From: Candidatus Zixiibacteriota bacterium
GTDB taxonomy: Bacteria; Zixibacteria; MSB-5A5; GN15; FEB-12
Direction of reading: 5' to 3'
Assembly (NCBI GenBank): GCA_041742355.1
Contig: JBGSIV010000304.1
Span: 1-52,497 of the forward strand
DNA length: 52,497 nucleotides
Shown here: piece by piece, positions 9,471 through 18,957 of the stretch
Layout of the letters: every line of letters starts with the position of its first letter
Numbering within the stretch: position 1 is the stretch's first letter
Position numbers and translations under genes: made by a program
The notes under the pieces: generated by a model
The model's input: the letters and a program-made list of their open reading frames with translations, nothing else
What the model was told of the DNA's origin: nothing
Database searches by the model: none

Positions 9471-10229
9471 ATGTACGTTAAAACATATCGCGGTTTTTCC
9501 GAAGTTGAGCACGTTGCCAAGAAAGCCAAAAGCCGCTGGCTGTTCATACTTGTCACCGGCATCGTGCTACTGGTTGCCGGCGTCCTGGCAGCCGTACCGC
9601 TCTTCACCGGACTGCCTGCCCTACCCGATCTTCAGGGGTTCGCACCGCGCTCGGACATGCCCGGCGTTGTTGTCGTTGATGTATCCGGCCGAAGTGGAAG
9701 CGGCTTCTTTGTCGCCACTGACCTTGTCCTTACGTCAGCGTACGTCGCGCAGACTGTCGGCGAGTCCGCTACGATTAGAAACAGCGAGGGGAGTGAGCTT
9801 ACGGGACAAGTGGTCGCCACAGGCTTCGCGGAATGGTCAGCTGCAGCAGGCTCGTCTGGTGCGGCGGAGGACGACTATGCCGTTGTCAAAGTCGCTTCCC
9901 AGTTACAGATTGCTCCTCTCATGTACGGCACCGTCGCCAGCGTGTCCCCGAAAGCATCACTCGCTGTCGCATCGCTCGAAAGTGACCAGGTGGTACTTCA
10001 GCAGTTCACGGCCCGGCGACTGGATGGCTCCCTTATCATATTGGACGAGTTACCGGACTACCAACTGATTGGAGGGCCCGTGCTGCAACTCGAACGGGGT
10101 GAGGACGCCTCCTCCGCTCTCGTGGTAGGCATGGTCGCCTCCCCCGAAAACAATTCCGGCGACGGCGGTGCTGCAGTGGGAATCGACGTCGTACGAGAAA
10201 AGTGTCGGGCAAAGGGAGTTAGTTTTTGA
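9471..10229 (+). CDS. Membrane-anchored trypsin-like (S1) pseudoprotease
   Basis: N-terminal TM. GSGFFV...VLTSAYVA (His to Tyr), DDYAVVKV (Asp retained), QLIGGPV (GNSGGP Ser lost). RBS AGGAGG. Confidence 0.75.
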   Translation: MYVKTYRGFSEVEHVAKKAKSRWLFILVTGIVLLVAGVLAAVPLFTGLPALPDLQGFAPRSDMPGVVVVDVSGRSGSGFFVATDLVLTSAYVAQTVGESATIRNSEGSELTGQVVATGFAEWSAAAGSSGAAEDDYAVVKVASQLQIAPLMYGTVASVSPKASLAVASLESDQVVLQQFTARRLDGSLIILDELPDYQLIGGPVLQLERGEDASSALVVGMVASPENNSGDGGAAVGIDVVREKCRAKGVSF

Positions 10230-10251
10230 CGATGTTCATGGGAGTGAACGA

Positions 10252-13200
10252 ATGAGATGCCCAGCTTGCAGCTTTGAGAATCTCCACGACGGGCGATACT
10301 GCACGGAGTGCGGAGCAGCATTTGTCCGACTTCTTGCTCCTACTCATCTCTACAGCAAGGTAGCTGACGGGTTTATCAGCCGCGTCACGTTCCAGTACGA
10401 GTCTGCCTACCCCGCTTCGGAGCGCCTTGAGCTGGTCGGAGTGGGCATTCGTTCCGCTGATGGCGGGACCGTAGAAGCAGTGGAGGTGAGCGTGCCGCTG
10501 AACGCTACCGGTCACCGGCAAACAACCTCAGTCAATCTGAGCCTCGAACGTCTCCGCGGTGATGAACCGGTGCTGGCATGGTTGGAGTGGAAGGTACGCC
10601 GCGGTGAGCGCGTGTTCCCCGCCGAAAGAACTCAGGTATGGGTCGCTCTTTTTCCGTTCGTCTCCGCGGCATTTGACCTGATTGCCGGCTCCGCCATCGT
10701 GCTTAGCCCCGTAACCGATTTTATGGCTCCGGTGCGGATCAAGCTGGGTACGAACAGCCGGATACCGTTTCAAGGACTCATATTTCAGTCGCAAAGCCTC
10801 GCCCGGATAGACGGCCCTCCGAAGCGATTCATCGTCCGCCTGCCGAATGGAGGCCACGAAGTTCTGACCGGCGGCCGGAGCTTCACTCAATCGCTTGATT
10901 TCAAGCCTATTGGTGATTTCCTCGAGGGCTTTCGGACAGGCAATGCGCCTCCCCTCAAAGCGACGCACGTTCTCTGCGGCGATGATTCGGGGGAGCCGTT
11001 CGAGATAGCCCTGTCCGGGGCTGCGGAGGTTCCCTTCCGACTGGCTGCAGTACCCCGGATCGAACTTGGCATCTGGCGGTCAACTCGATTTGGATTCGCC
11101 TGCATCACGAAAAATCGACTCCTCAGCGAATCAACAGCCGCAGATGAGGGCCAGTTTCTGTGCTCACCTGCGCTCGGGAGCTTGATGCACGACGGTACCA
11201 TCGAACGTAACAAGGCCCTGCGAGATAACGCCATTGAGTCGGAACTTGTGGCCCTGGGCAACCGGCACCTCCGCATCCTGGCCCCTATCGGCGGTACCCG
11301 GAGACGGCGATTCCAGGTCTTCCTCAATTACCCTCGCGATGAGCGGGAAGACATCGGCGTGCATCCTCATTGCTGTCACATACGCGTTACACCACTTCAG
11401 CCGCAAAGCGATGAAACCGGTCTCACGCCAGACCGGGTCCGTTACACCAGCCTGCTGCGGGGTGAAACAGTGCATTTGGGGGAACTTCTCTCTCTGGGCA
11501 ATATCCGCGATGGGGCCGGCTTCTGGCTTACCGTCACAGTCCCTGACGATATCCCGGCGGATACTGAAATCGACCTCCGTCTTGAACTGCTTCGGTGCCG
11601 GCCTGACGGCCAGATTATTCAGTTCGCAGACCCGATTCCACCTGTGACTCTCACAATTGCCTGTTACCAACGAGTCATCAATGATTTTGCTTTGGCAATC
11701 GACTTTGGTACGTCAAATACCTGCGTGGCCGGCCCCAGAATCGATTACTCCAATCCGAAACCACAGGAGATGGCAGACTGCTACGCCCTTGATTTCTATC
11801 GCGAAGGTACCGCTGAGGGCGGGCACACTACCTTTGCCACCGCGGTCGCTTATCCCCGACTCGAAGACTCAGAGCCGTACATCGCCGATGTCATGCAGCC
11901 GTCCAGTTCCAGCCGGCCCGTGGATCACATCTACACCGGCTTCAAACTAGAGTTGGTAGAGGAACTCCAGAACGCTGAGCGGTTTGCCGGAGACCAGCGG
12001 CGACCAACAAGACTCGTAGCGGATTTCATCACGTGTGTGCTCGAACGTACCGAGCTATATTATGAGGACCGCAGGAGCCGGTATACCGGATTCCAGATCA
12101 TAGCGGCGAGCAGCCCGGTTGGGTTTGTTCCCGAACTCAAGACTTCGCTGGAGGACGCAGTGCTACAGCGACTGAGGCCCCGCTACGCACAAATCGAGTT
12201 CGCGTTCCGAATTCATGAACCCCTCGCCGTATTCTTACAGGCCGCTTCCGGTCACCTGCTCGGCGCAGCCCCGTCCGGCCCCTTCCTTATCGGCATCGTT
12301 GACATAGGCGGAGGCACGACCGATACCGCCTTTATCCTTGCGGAATCGGGGAAACCGCTCCGGCTGGTCGGCACCGGCGGCAGCGTCTACGTGGGTGGCT
12401 TAACCTTTGACGCCTGGCTACGATACCGGCTCCAGCGGCGGCCGGTGGAAGCGGAAACGGTGTCTGCGGCGCAGCTGCCGATGACTCGGCTCTCGGATGT
12501 ACTCACTCAGGAGGAGCGCAAACTTTCGGGCGGAGTAGAGAGAAGTCTGTCCAATGACATTGCTTCCTTGAAACATCGTTTGGCACCGTGCGCCCAACCG
12601 TCCCCACCGCCGGCTCCCATGGTACCCCTATCGCCTGCGGCTGAAATGATTGGAATCCCTTCGCGCGAACCGAATAAGGCCGTTATCGCCGCACGCGTTG
12701 CCCAGGTGGCCGAGCGACTCATCCCTGAGGGATCGCAGTGGTCTGCGGCAGAATGGGACTCGCCGGCGACGGTGTCATGGCATCTTCTTTATCCATTCTA
12801 CTCTTCACTCTACGAACAGCTTCTGCGGATCATCGAAGACACGATGGATGAATGCTTCGCGAATATGGACTCCGAAACCATCTTGCCGGTGCCCGTTACC
12901 ATTGTGCTCGCAGGCAACTGCTCTCAGATCGCCGGGTTACCCACCCTGGTCGAAGCTGTCTTCAACGGGTTGTCGAAGGTCCAGCGGATCGCATCCCTCA
13001 AGATCGTCGCTATGCCGCGTCCGAAGGAATCAGTCGCTTTGGGAACGTATGCGGAGGCACAGGGCAGTATCGTTCGTCAACCCGAACCGGGGTTGCCGCC
13101 GTTCTGCATGTATCTCCGGGTTGATTCTGCTGGCTTCGGCGTTCCTCTGGCAACGCTAGTGGACCGCCAGAAGGACCAGTGGGGCATCGTCATCTTTCCC

Positions 13201-13524
13201 GAAGGCGCCTTCCACAACGTGCCATCGTCTCAGAAATATCTCGTGCGTGTATTCGCATTACAGGACATTCTGAAAAGGCCAACGGATACCACGGTGAATG
13301 TCTGGCTGAAAATTGGTATCGACGACTTTTCAAGGCGTATCAAGATTATCCCGATTGGTCCGGCGCCGGACAGACTGGCATTCGTCTTGGACCGGCATAC
13401 GCGGCCGTGGGCCCTGGCGTTTTCGACCCCCCAAATAAACCAGCCGATTGACAATATGGATATCGACCTGACAGAACTCACACGATTGATGAAAGAAGCA
13501 ACAGCTGCAATGAAGAACTCATGA
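10252..13524 (+). CDS. Zinc-ribbon + beta-rich region + Hsp70/actin-fold ATPase
   Basis: ATG at 10252 after GGAG. CPAC...CTEC ribbon. Full Hsp70 NBD motif set: AIDFGTSNTCVA, SSPVGF, RIHEPLA, IVDIGGGTTDTA, VGGLTFD, IVLAGNCSQI, PKESVALG. Confidence 0.85.
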   Translation: MRCPACSFENLHDGRYCTECGAAFVRLLAPTHLYSKVADGFISRVTFQYESAYPASERLELVGVGIRSADGGTVEAVEVSVPLNATGHRQTTSVNLSLERLRGDEPVLAWLEWKVRRGERVFPAERTQVWVALFPFVSAAFDLIAGSAIVLSPVTDFMAPVRIKLGTNSRIPFQGLIFQSQSLARIDGPPKRFIVRLPNGGHEVLTGGRSFTQSLDFKPIGDFLEGFRTGNAPPLKATHVLCGDDSGEPFEIALSGAAEVPFRLAAVPRIELGIWRSTRFGFACITKNRLLSESTAADEGQFLCSPALGSLMHDGTIERNKALRDNAIESELVALGNRHLRILAPIGGTRRRRFQVFLNYPRDEREDIGVHPHCCHIRVTPLQPQSDETGLTPDRVRYTSLLRGETVHLGELLSLGNIRDGAGFWLTVTVPDDIPADTEIDLRLELLRCRPDGQIIQFADPIPPVTLTIACYQRVINDFALAIDFGTSNTCVAGPRIDYSNPKPQEMADCYALDFYREGTAEGGHTTFATAVAYPRLEDSEPYIADVMQPSSSSRPVDHIYTGFKLELVEELQNAERFAGDQRRPTRLVADFITCVLERTELYYEDRRSRYTGFQIIAASSPVGFVPELKTSLEDAVLQRLRPRYAQIEFAFRIHEPLAVFLQAASGHLLGAAPSGPFLIGIVDIGGGTTDTAFILAESGKPLRLVGTGGSVYVGGLTFDAWLRYRLQRRPVEAETVSAAQLPMTRLSDVLTQEERKLSGGVERSLSNDIASLKHRLAPCAQPSPPPAPMVPLSPAAEMIGIPSREPNKAVIAARVAQVAERLIPEGSQWSAAEWDSPATVSWHLLYPFYSSLYEQLLRIIEDTMDECFANMDSETILPVPVTIVLAGNCSQIAGLPTLVEAVFNGLSKVQRIASLKIVAMPRPKESVALGTYAEAQGSIVRQPEPGLPPFCMYLRVDSAGFGVPLATLVDRQKDQWGIVIFPEGAFHNVPSSQKYLVRVFALQDILKRPTDTTVNVWLKIGIDDFSRRIKIIPIGPAPDRLAFVLDRHTRPWALAFSTPQINQPIDNMDIDLTELTRLMKEATAAMKNS

Positions 13525-14207
13525 TTGATCTTGCCAACATCATCGCGCGGGAAACAAGCACATTTCGGGATCGAGTACTATCGCTCATCGATCGAGCGGC
13601 CTCCCGAGGCCTTTTGACTGAGGATGGCCGAGCGAAGCTGACGAATCACATTGTGCTGTGTGTCATGCCTTTGGTGCAGGAGGACGAAATCCGACAGCTT
13701 GCTTCCCTGTCCACACCAGTGGGAACCGTTCCCGAAATCACCACCTCCAGCTACATGGCAGGCGGTACTGAACCGCTCGTTACGTCCTGTAACGCAGATA
13801 ACGCCACAGGGGAACAATCTTCTCCTCCGAGTCTGCCGGAGAGAATTGCCTTTCTCACGGAAGCTGACTCGGATGATCTGCATCGGATCTTGCGTGCCTT
13901 TGTTGATTCGTACGCGCCGGAGGTGAATCCAGAAACTTCAGCGATCGAACAGGCCCTGGTGAAGAACCGCTCAATTGACATTCTCGTCATCCACGCCCCC
14001 CTTGGCGAAGACGCTTCAGCCGCTGTCGGATTTGAACTGGTCTCTCGCCATATGGCGCGGACACGTTTAACGGAAGAGGAGCGTGGGCGCCTGGCGAGTA
14101 TCAATCTCAATTCCGAAGACCGGCCAGGCGTCATCATTCTCGAACTCTCCCCACGTATCTTGATTCGTAACGAGGTGGTTCATGCTGGGCGGGCTGTCAC
14201 GACATGA
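13521..14207 (+). CDS. Hypothetical protein with GrpE-like C-terminus
   Basis: ATGA overlap with the Hsp70-like gene. Helical N-terminus; ends PGVIILELSPRILIRNEVVHAGRAVTT, resembling the GrpE tail (G.V..V...GY.L..RV.R.A.V.V). Confidence 0.5.
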   Translation: MIDLANIIARETSTFRDRVLSLIDRAASRGLLTEDGRAKLTNHIVLCVMPLVQEDEIRQLASLSTPVGTVPEITTSSYMAGGTEPLVTSCNADNATGEQSSPPSLPERIAFLTEADSDDLHRILRAFVDSYAPEVNPETSAIEQALVKNRSIDILVIHAPLGEDASAAVGFELVSRHMARTRLTEEERGRLASINLNSEDRPGVIILELSPRILIRNEVVHAGRAVTT

Positions 14208-14249
14208 ACCGGCGGCGTTATCCCACTTCACTCGAGTGAGGGTCTCTTT

Positions 14250-14651
14250 GTGATCATGAAAGTTCTGGTAGTCTGCCTCATCGTAGCGTCAGGAGGTACT
14301 GGCTACTATTACGGATTCGAAAGAACTTTGATGCTTTCGGAGATTGTTGGCTCATCCGACGATCCGACCGTAGAGCTGGCAGTCACCCTTTTCGATTTCG
14401 ACACCGGCTTGACCCGCTACGATCTGTATCACTTGTCCCGACGGGCCCCAGAATGGAGCAGCCGCATGGAGGAGATCGATGCCATGGAAGATTGGGAGGA
14501 GCGGCAGCGGCAGCAGCATCTGCTCACAGCGGAAATGATGCGTGACCCTTCCATGAAGAAGGTCATGAAGAAACTGTTCGGGATCAGTACCAGTGCAGCC
14601 AAAGCGGTACTGAGTGCCGTTTCTAGTTTCAAGTCATTCGGTTTGTTCTAG
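14250..14651 (+). CDS. Hypothetical protein with N-terminal signal/anchor
   Basis: 133-aa ORF with hydrophobic N-terminus, co-oriented and 42 nt after the operon; start could be ATG 14256. Confidence 0.55.
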   Translation: MIMKVLVVCLIVASGGTGYYYGFERTLMLSEIVGSSDDPTVELAVTLFDFDTGLTRYDLYHLSRRAPEWSSRMEEIDAMEDWEERQRQQHLLTAEMMRDPSMKKVMKKLFGISTSAAKAVLSAVSSFKSFGLF

Positions 14652-15076
14652 GCTGTTCTGAGCCTCTCGAATTTCACTTCGGAAATGGCTGCGGTCGCTC
14701 TAAGCCGCAGTTGAGCCATTGCCCCGCACTCATCCACAACTTCGACACGATATGAGTCGCTTTGGGCCCGTTCGTTTCTCACTCAGATAACCTCCTTTAC
14801 GCGAGTTTCCCCCAGCCCTGGTTCACAGATTTGGCGAGGAGTTCTCCTGTTCACAGCAATGCTCCCCATTAGGGTAGCGATTTCTAAGATAGTCCTCGTA
14901 GTTGGATCGGGATTTCCTGCATCCGATTCAGCGTCCGGTAGCAGGGCGCCGAGTTCAAGTCCGTCTCGTAGTATGCAACAATCGGTCGACCGACCTCGAT
15001 CGACCGCTCACAGGCATTGATCTGTTCCCGCCGCCAGATCACTTCCTCATTAATCGTCCGCCTCTGCCGATCGGTA

Positions 15077-15682
15077 TCAGTATTTCCCTTCTGATTGCCA
15101 TGGCAAGCCAGGGCCATCTCCTGCCACGAACCGGGCAGCCAGAGCGAATCCTCCTTCCCCGTCGTTCAGGAAAACAGAGACGCTGTCAGAGTTCATGTTG
15201 GCGAGGGCCACGTCGCCATCACTATCACTATCCAAGTCAGCTACCACAAAGCCCGAGGCACCGTCCGTATTGTAGGTGGCGGGAGACGCAAGAATTCCAC
15301 CGCCATTGTTAAGCAGGATGGATAAACTCTTAGATGCCACATTGCTTATCGCTAAGTCGGGATCACCGTCGCCATCCAAATCGGCCGCTATGATGAAGGC
15401 TGGCGCTTCTCCCCCGGAGAAATAACTGGCTGGCGGGGAGAAAGTGCCATAGCCGTTGTTGAACAGAACCGAGACACTTCCAGCGGATATGTTGGCAACG
15501 CAGAGATCCAAGTCACCATCTACGTCGAGATCAACTGCAACGACATCGTTCGGCCCATCACCAGCCCGGTAATCCTTACGGGCCTCGAGGAGCTGCTGAG
15601 AGGAGAGGTTCGCTGCGGACAGCAACGTAAGGGTGAATACTACCAGTGACGTCTGTGAAATGCAGTACCGCGATGACGTCAT
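15077..15682 (-). pseudogene. Truncated FG-GAP/VCBS repeat secreted protein
   Basis: Signal peptide and three DLD.DGD.DL.V.N repeats; sequence turns non-repetitive right after GDGP and stops, too short for a complete propeller. Confidence 0.6.
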
Positions 15683-16374
15683 TACTTCCCCGCTCAGTTA
15701 CCAGCTTACTATCTATCTACTTGAAGAGAGCACACTCAGGCGAGGGTCCCCACTCATTCTGGGTGCGATGGCTTTGGGAGCCTGAGAAGGACAAAAGCGA
15801 CGAAGGCCTCAAGGCCGCCAACAAAGTCATCAACGAGATTGTCATTTCAACATTGGATGGTTTCCTGCAGTCGTCGATCGGCCGAGCTGCCCTGCCAAAA
15901 TCCTCCTTTCAGAGGAGAAACCGCCCTGAGAACGTCGCAGCTTAACACCAAGGTATTTAAGTGGATAGAGATGTCAATCGACATCTCGCGCCACGAGGCC
16001 GAACTTGAATTCGAGATCACCTGGTCGACCCGCGGCGCCAAACAGCCGCCCCCCTCGCGGAAGAAACGGTCTCGCGCCAGGTAAGTGCTCGGGCCTCCCG
16101 TGTCTTAGCTGGATCCGATGTCTCCATATTCAATCTGTTCAGAAATCGGGCTTGCCGTAGCCGCGCGCGCACGTATCTTACTGCCGGCGGTTCCGATCCC
16201 GGCTGGCTGTCCGCGCCCCGAAGCGGCGCCGTGCCGGTGGAACCGGCTGTTTTGACCGCACGTTACTAGTCTGACACGAACCGCCCCGCGCGAACCTGCC
16301 CGCGGCAGCATGTCGCGGCGACACACGAAGGAGACACAGAGGCGGGTGAGCACCGACTCATCCCCCCGCAACCT

Positions 16375-16860
16375 ATGGCCCTGCGAAAGTACCATATCCC
16401 GGAGTTGATCGAGGTCCGCAATTCGCGGATTCAGGGGCGCGGTGTGTTCGCCAAGCGGCGAATCCGAAAGGGACAGCGGATTATCGAGTATGTCGGCGAG
16501 CGGATCGATCCCGAAGAAGTCGACCGTCGGTACGACGACCATTCGATGGATCGACACCACACGTTCCTGTTCGAAGTCGACGAGTATACGACAATCGACG
16601 GGGCGGTGGGCGGGAACGAATCCCGCTATATCAACCACTCCTGCGATCCCAATTGTGAGGCGGTGGATGATGGCGGACGGATCTTCATCTTCGCGCTGAA
16701 AAACATTCAGCCCGGAGTCGAGTTGCTGTATGATTACCAGTACGACCTCGATGAGCCGTTGACCCAGGCGCTCAGGAAGCGCTATCCCTGCCGGTGCGGG
16801 GCGACGAGCTGCCGGGGAACCATCCTCGTCGTGCCCAAGCAGCGCAACCGGCGGCGCTGA
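16375..16860 (+). CDS. SET-domain protein-lysine methyltransferase with post-SET
   Basis: SRIQGRGVFA, RYINHSCDPN, ELLYDY and post-SET CRCGATSCRG. Confidence 0.92.
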   Translation: MALRKYHIPELIEVRNSRIQGRGVFAKRRIRKGQRIIEYVGERIDPEEVDRRYDDHSMDRHHTFLFEVDEYTTIDGAVGGNESRYINHSCDPNCEAVDDGGRIFIFALKNIQPGVELLYDYQYDLDEPLTQALRKRYPCRCGATSCRGTILVVPKQRNRRR

Positions 16861-16903
16861 GCCACTCGTCGGTCAACTATAGACCACAAACTCAGAGATC
16901 GAT

Positions 16904-17407
16904 ATGCGGCGAGAAGAGCCCACACCAGAAGTGCGAATCGAGGAGTACCGGGCCAAATACCGTCGGCACTTCCGAGATCTGAACTACGAATGGCTCGAAC
17001 GCTACTTTTCGATCGAGCCGTACGACCGGATAGTCCTGGCCGATCCGGAAAAAGAAATCATTGGGCGCGGGGGAGCGGTGTTGTTTGCGCTGGTGGGAAA
17101 CGAGGTCGCCGGAACCTGCGCACTCCTCAAGCATGCCGAGCGCAAGTTCGAACTGGCCAAGATGGCGGTGACCGAGCGTTTTCAAGGGCAAAGAGTGGGC
17201 CGTGTACTGGCCCTGGCAGCGATCGACAAGGCGCGCGCCCTCGGCGCGGAGACCCTGATTCTGGCCACCAGCCCATTACTGGAAACGGCCAACCGCCTCT
17301 ACCGGTCCATCGGTTTCGAACCGGCAACGCCGGAGGTGTTCGGGCCGATGCCGTATGCCCGTCACTCCACCGTCATGGTGATGGATCTGACCCGGTCGCC
17401 GAAGTAA
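16904..17407 (+). CDS. GNAT family acetyltransferase
   Basis: ELAKMAVTERFQGQRVG motif A; ANRLYRSIGF. Confidence 0.88.
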   Translation: MRREEPTPEVRIEEYRAKYRRHFRDLNYEWLERYFSIEPYDRIVLADPEKEIIGRGGAVLFALVGNEVAGTCALLKHAERKFELAKMAVTERFQGQRVGRVLALAAIDKARALGAETLILATSPLLETANRLYRSIGFEPATPEVFGPMPYARHSTVMVMDLTRSPK

Positions 17408-17474
17408 CACCGTCGGGACCTTTTCCCCGGAATATTGTTTAATCCTCTGAAGACCCGAATCAGCAGGAGACACT

Positions 17475-18101
17475 ATGGACATGTACTGGGCAGGAGTGGG
17501 CTGGTTTGCGACGGTGGTCGGGATGACCGCGTTCACCCTGGCTCCGGCTGGCGGCAGCCTGTCCGCCGGGAGAACAACGGGCGACTCGGCAGAGCAGCCG
17601 ACCGAGAAGGTAGAGGAGAAAGCAGAGATGGCGACAGCAACATTTGGCGCCGGGTGTTTCTGGGGAGTGGAAGCGGCGTTTCGTCAGATAGAAGGGGTGA
17701 AGGCAACGGCGGTGGGCTACTGCGGCGGTCACACCGAACGCCCGACTTACCGTGAGGTGTGTTCCGATGAAACCGGGCACGCCGAAGTCGTGGAAGTCCA
17801 GTACGACCCTTCGGTCGTATCCTACGAACGGCTGTTGAGAGAGTTCTGGAATGCGCATGACCCCACCCAGGTGAATCGTCAGGGGCCGGACATCGGCAGC
17901 CAGTACCGATCGGTGATCTTCTATCACACGCCCGAGCAGGAGCAGGCGGCGAAACAATCGAAGGAGGAGCTTGATCGCAGCGGGCAGCACAAACGACCGA
18001 TCGCGACCTCGATTGAGCCGGCACAGCCGTTCTGGCGAGCCGAGGACTACCACCAGCAGTACCTCGAGAAACGGGGGCTGTCGAGCTGCAAGATCAAGTA
18101 A
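17475..18101 (+). CDS. msrA: Peptide-methionine (S)-S-oxide reductase with N-terminal hydrophobic extension
   Basis: [14 protein letters not shown]...[33 protein letters not shown] before 17475. Confidence 0.95.
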   Translation: MDMYWAGVGWFATVVGMTAFTLAPAGGSLSAGRTTGDSAEQPTEKVEEKAEMATATFGAGCFWGVEAAFRQIEGVKATAVGYCGGHTERPTYREVCSDETGHAEVVEVQYDPSVVSYERLLREFWNAHDPTQVNRQGPDIGSQYRSVIFYHTPEQEQAAKQSKEELDRSGQHKRPIATSIEPAQPFWRAEDYHQQYLEKRGLSSCKIK

Positions 18102-18127
18102 GCTCTTTACAGGTAGCAAGTTCCGCG

Positions 18128-18162
18128 GCGCCTGCCTCCACCCCGGGGCAGGCGCTTCTTTC
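18128..18162 (+). terminator. Rho-independent terminator
   Basis: GCGCCTGCC / GGCAGGCGC stem followed by TTCTTT after msrA. Confidence 0.7.
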
Positions 18163-18300
18163 TGGGTTCTTCCCTTCATGGATAGTTCGGTACATTACCC
18201 TTGCGTTTTTCGGAAAGTTCTGCATATTTGAATCAATAACGGTCAAGAGTCATCCTCGATTCTCTGCGGGGGCTGCAGGGAGAGAAGGGAGCCGAAGTCC

Positions 18301-18864
18301 ATGCGAGTTTTTCCAGCTATCCTCTGTGTCGTGGTGCTGTCGGCAGTCGGTTTGGCCACTGCGGCCGATCGGGAACCGGTGTCGCCTGAACCAGTGAAGC
18401 GGCCGGTGGCCCGGGAGATATCGATCACCGAGCCCCCCCCTTCCGTCGGATCCATGACCCCTGCGTCCCCATCAGCCGACGATCTGGAAGTGAAGTGGTC
18501 GGTTATCGGCGGGGGCGGGAAGACGGTTGAGGCCGGGACGTTGCGGATAAGTGGAACGATTGGACAAACGTCAGCCGGCTGGACTTCGGGTCTGAAGCAT
18601 GATGTCCATGCGGGTTTCTGGCAGAACTTCGGGTACACGCCCTGCTGCGAGCACCGGGGAAACGTCGACCATAAGTTCACCAACGCAAGCCCGATCGCGA
18701 TTCCCGACCTGACCTACCTCGTGGCGATGGTGTGGCGGGCAGGGCCCGATGCACCGTGTAAGGTGGAAGCCGACGTGACTGGGGACGGCTCCATCAACGT
18801 TCTGGACGTGACGTTCCTCGTGTCATTCTTGTTCAAGGCCGGCCCAGCACCTGGTCCGTGCTGA
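18301..18864 (+). CDS. Small secreted protein with C-terminal dockerin-like domain
   Basis: Signal peptide; GTIGQ...GFW segment; CCEHRGNVD...DLTYLV...EADVTGDGSINVLDVTFLVSFLFKAGPAP. Confidence 0.75.
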   Translation: MRVFPAILCVVVLSAVGLATAADREPVSPEPVKRPVAREISITEPPPSVGSMTPASPSADDLEVKWSVIGGGGKTVEAGTLRISGTIGQTSAGWTSGLKHDVHAGFWQNFGYTPCCEHRGNVDHKFTNASPIAIPDLTYLVAMVWRAGPDAPCKVEADVTGDGSINVLDVTFLVSFLFKAGPAPGPC

Positions 18865-18957
18865 GGCAACTCACATTCCAAAAGCTGGTTCGGGCGGGGA
18901 GTTCGACAACCCGCCCTCATATCATTCCTTTCCCGTACGCAAACGGGGGAGTCTGCC

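Noticed and set aside
10252..13524. Calling the gene dnaK
   Set aside because: NBD is internal, there is no canonical substrate-binding domain, and motifs are divergent.
14884..15117. Frameshifted continuation of the FG-GAP gene
   Set aside because: Translation shows no FG-GAP or dockerin motifs.
14652..16370. tRNA, att site or IS at the island edge
   Set aside because: No cloverleaf, terminal inverted repeats or transposase/integrase motifs were recognisable by eye.
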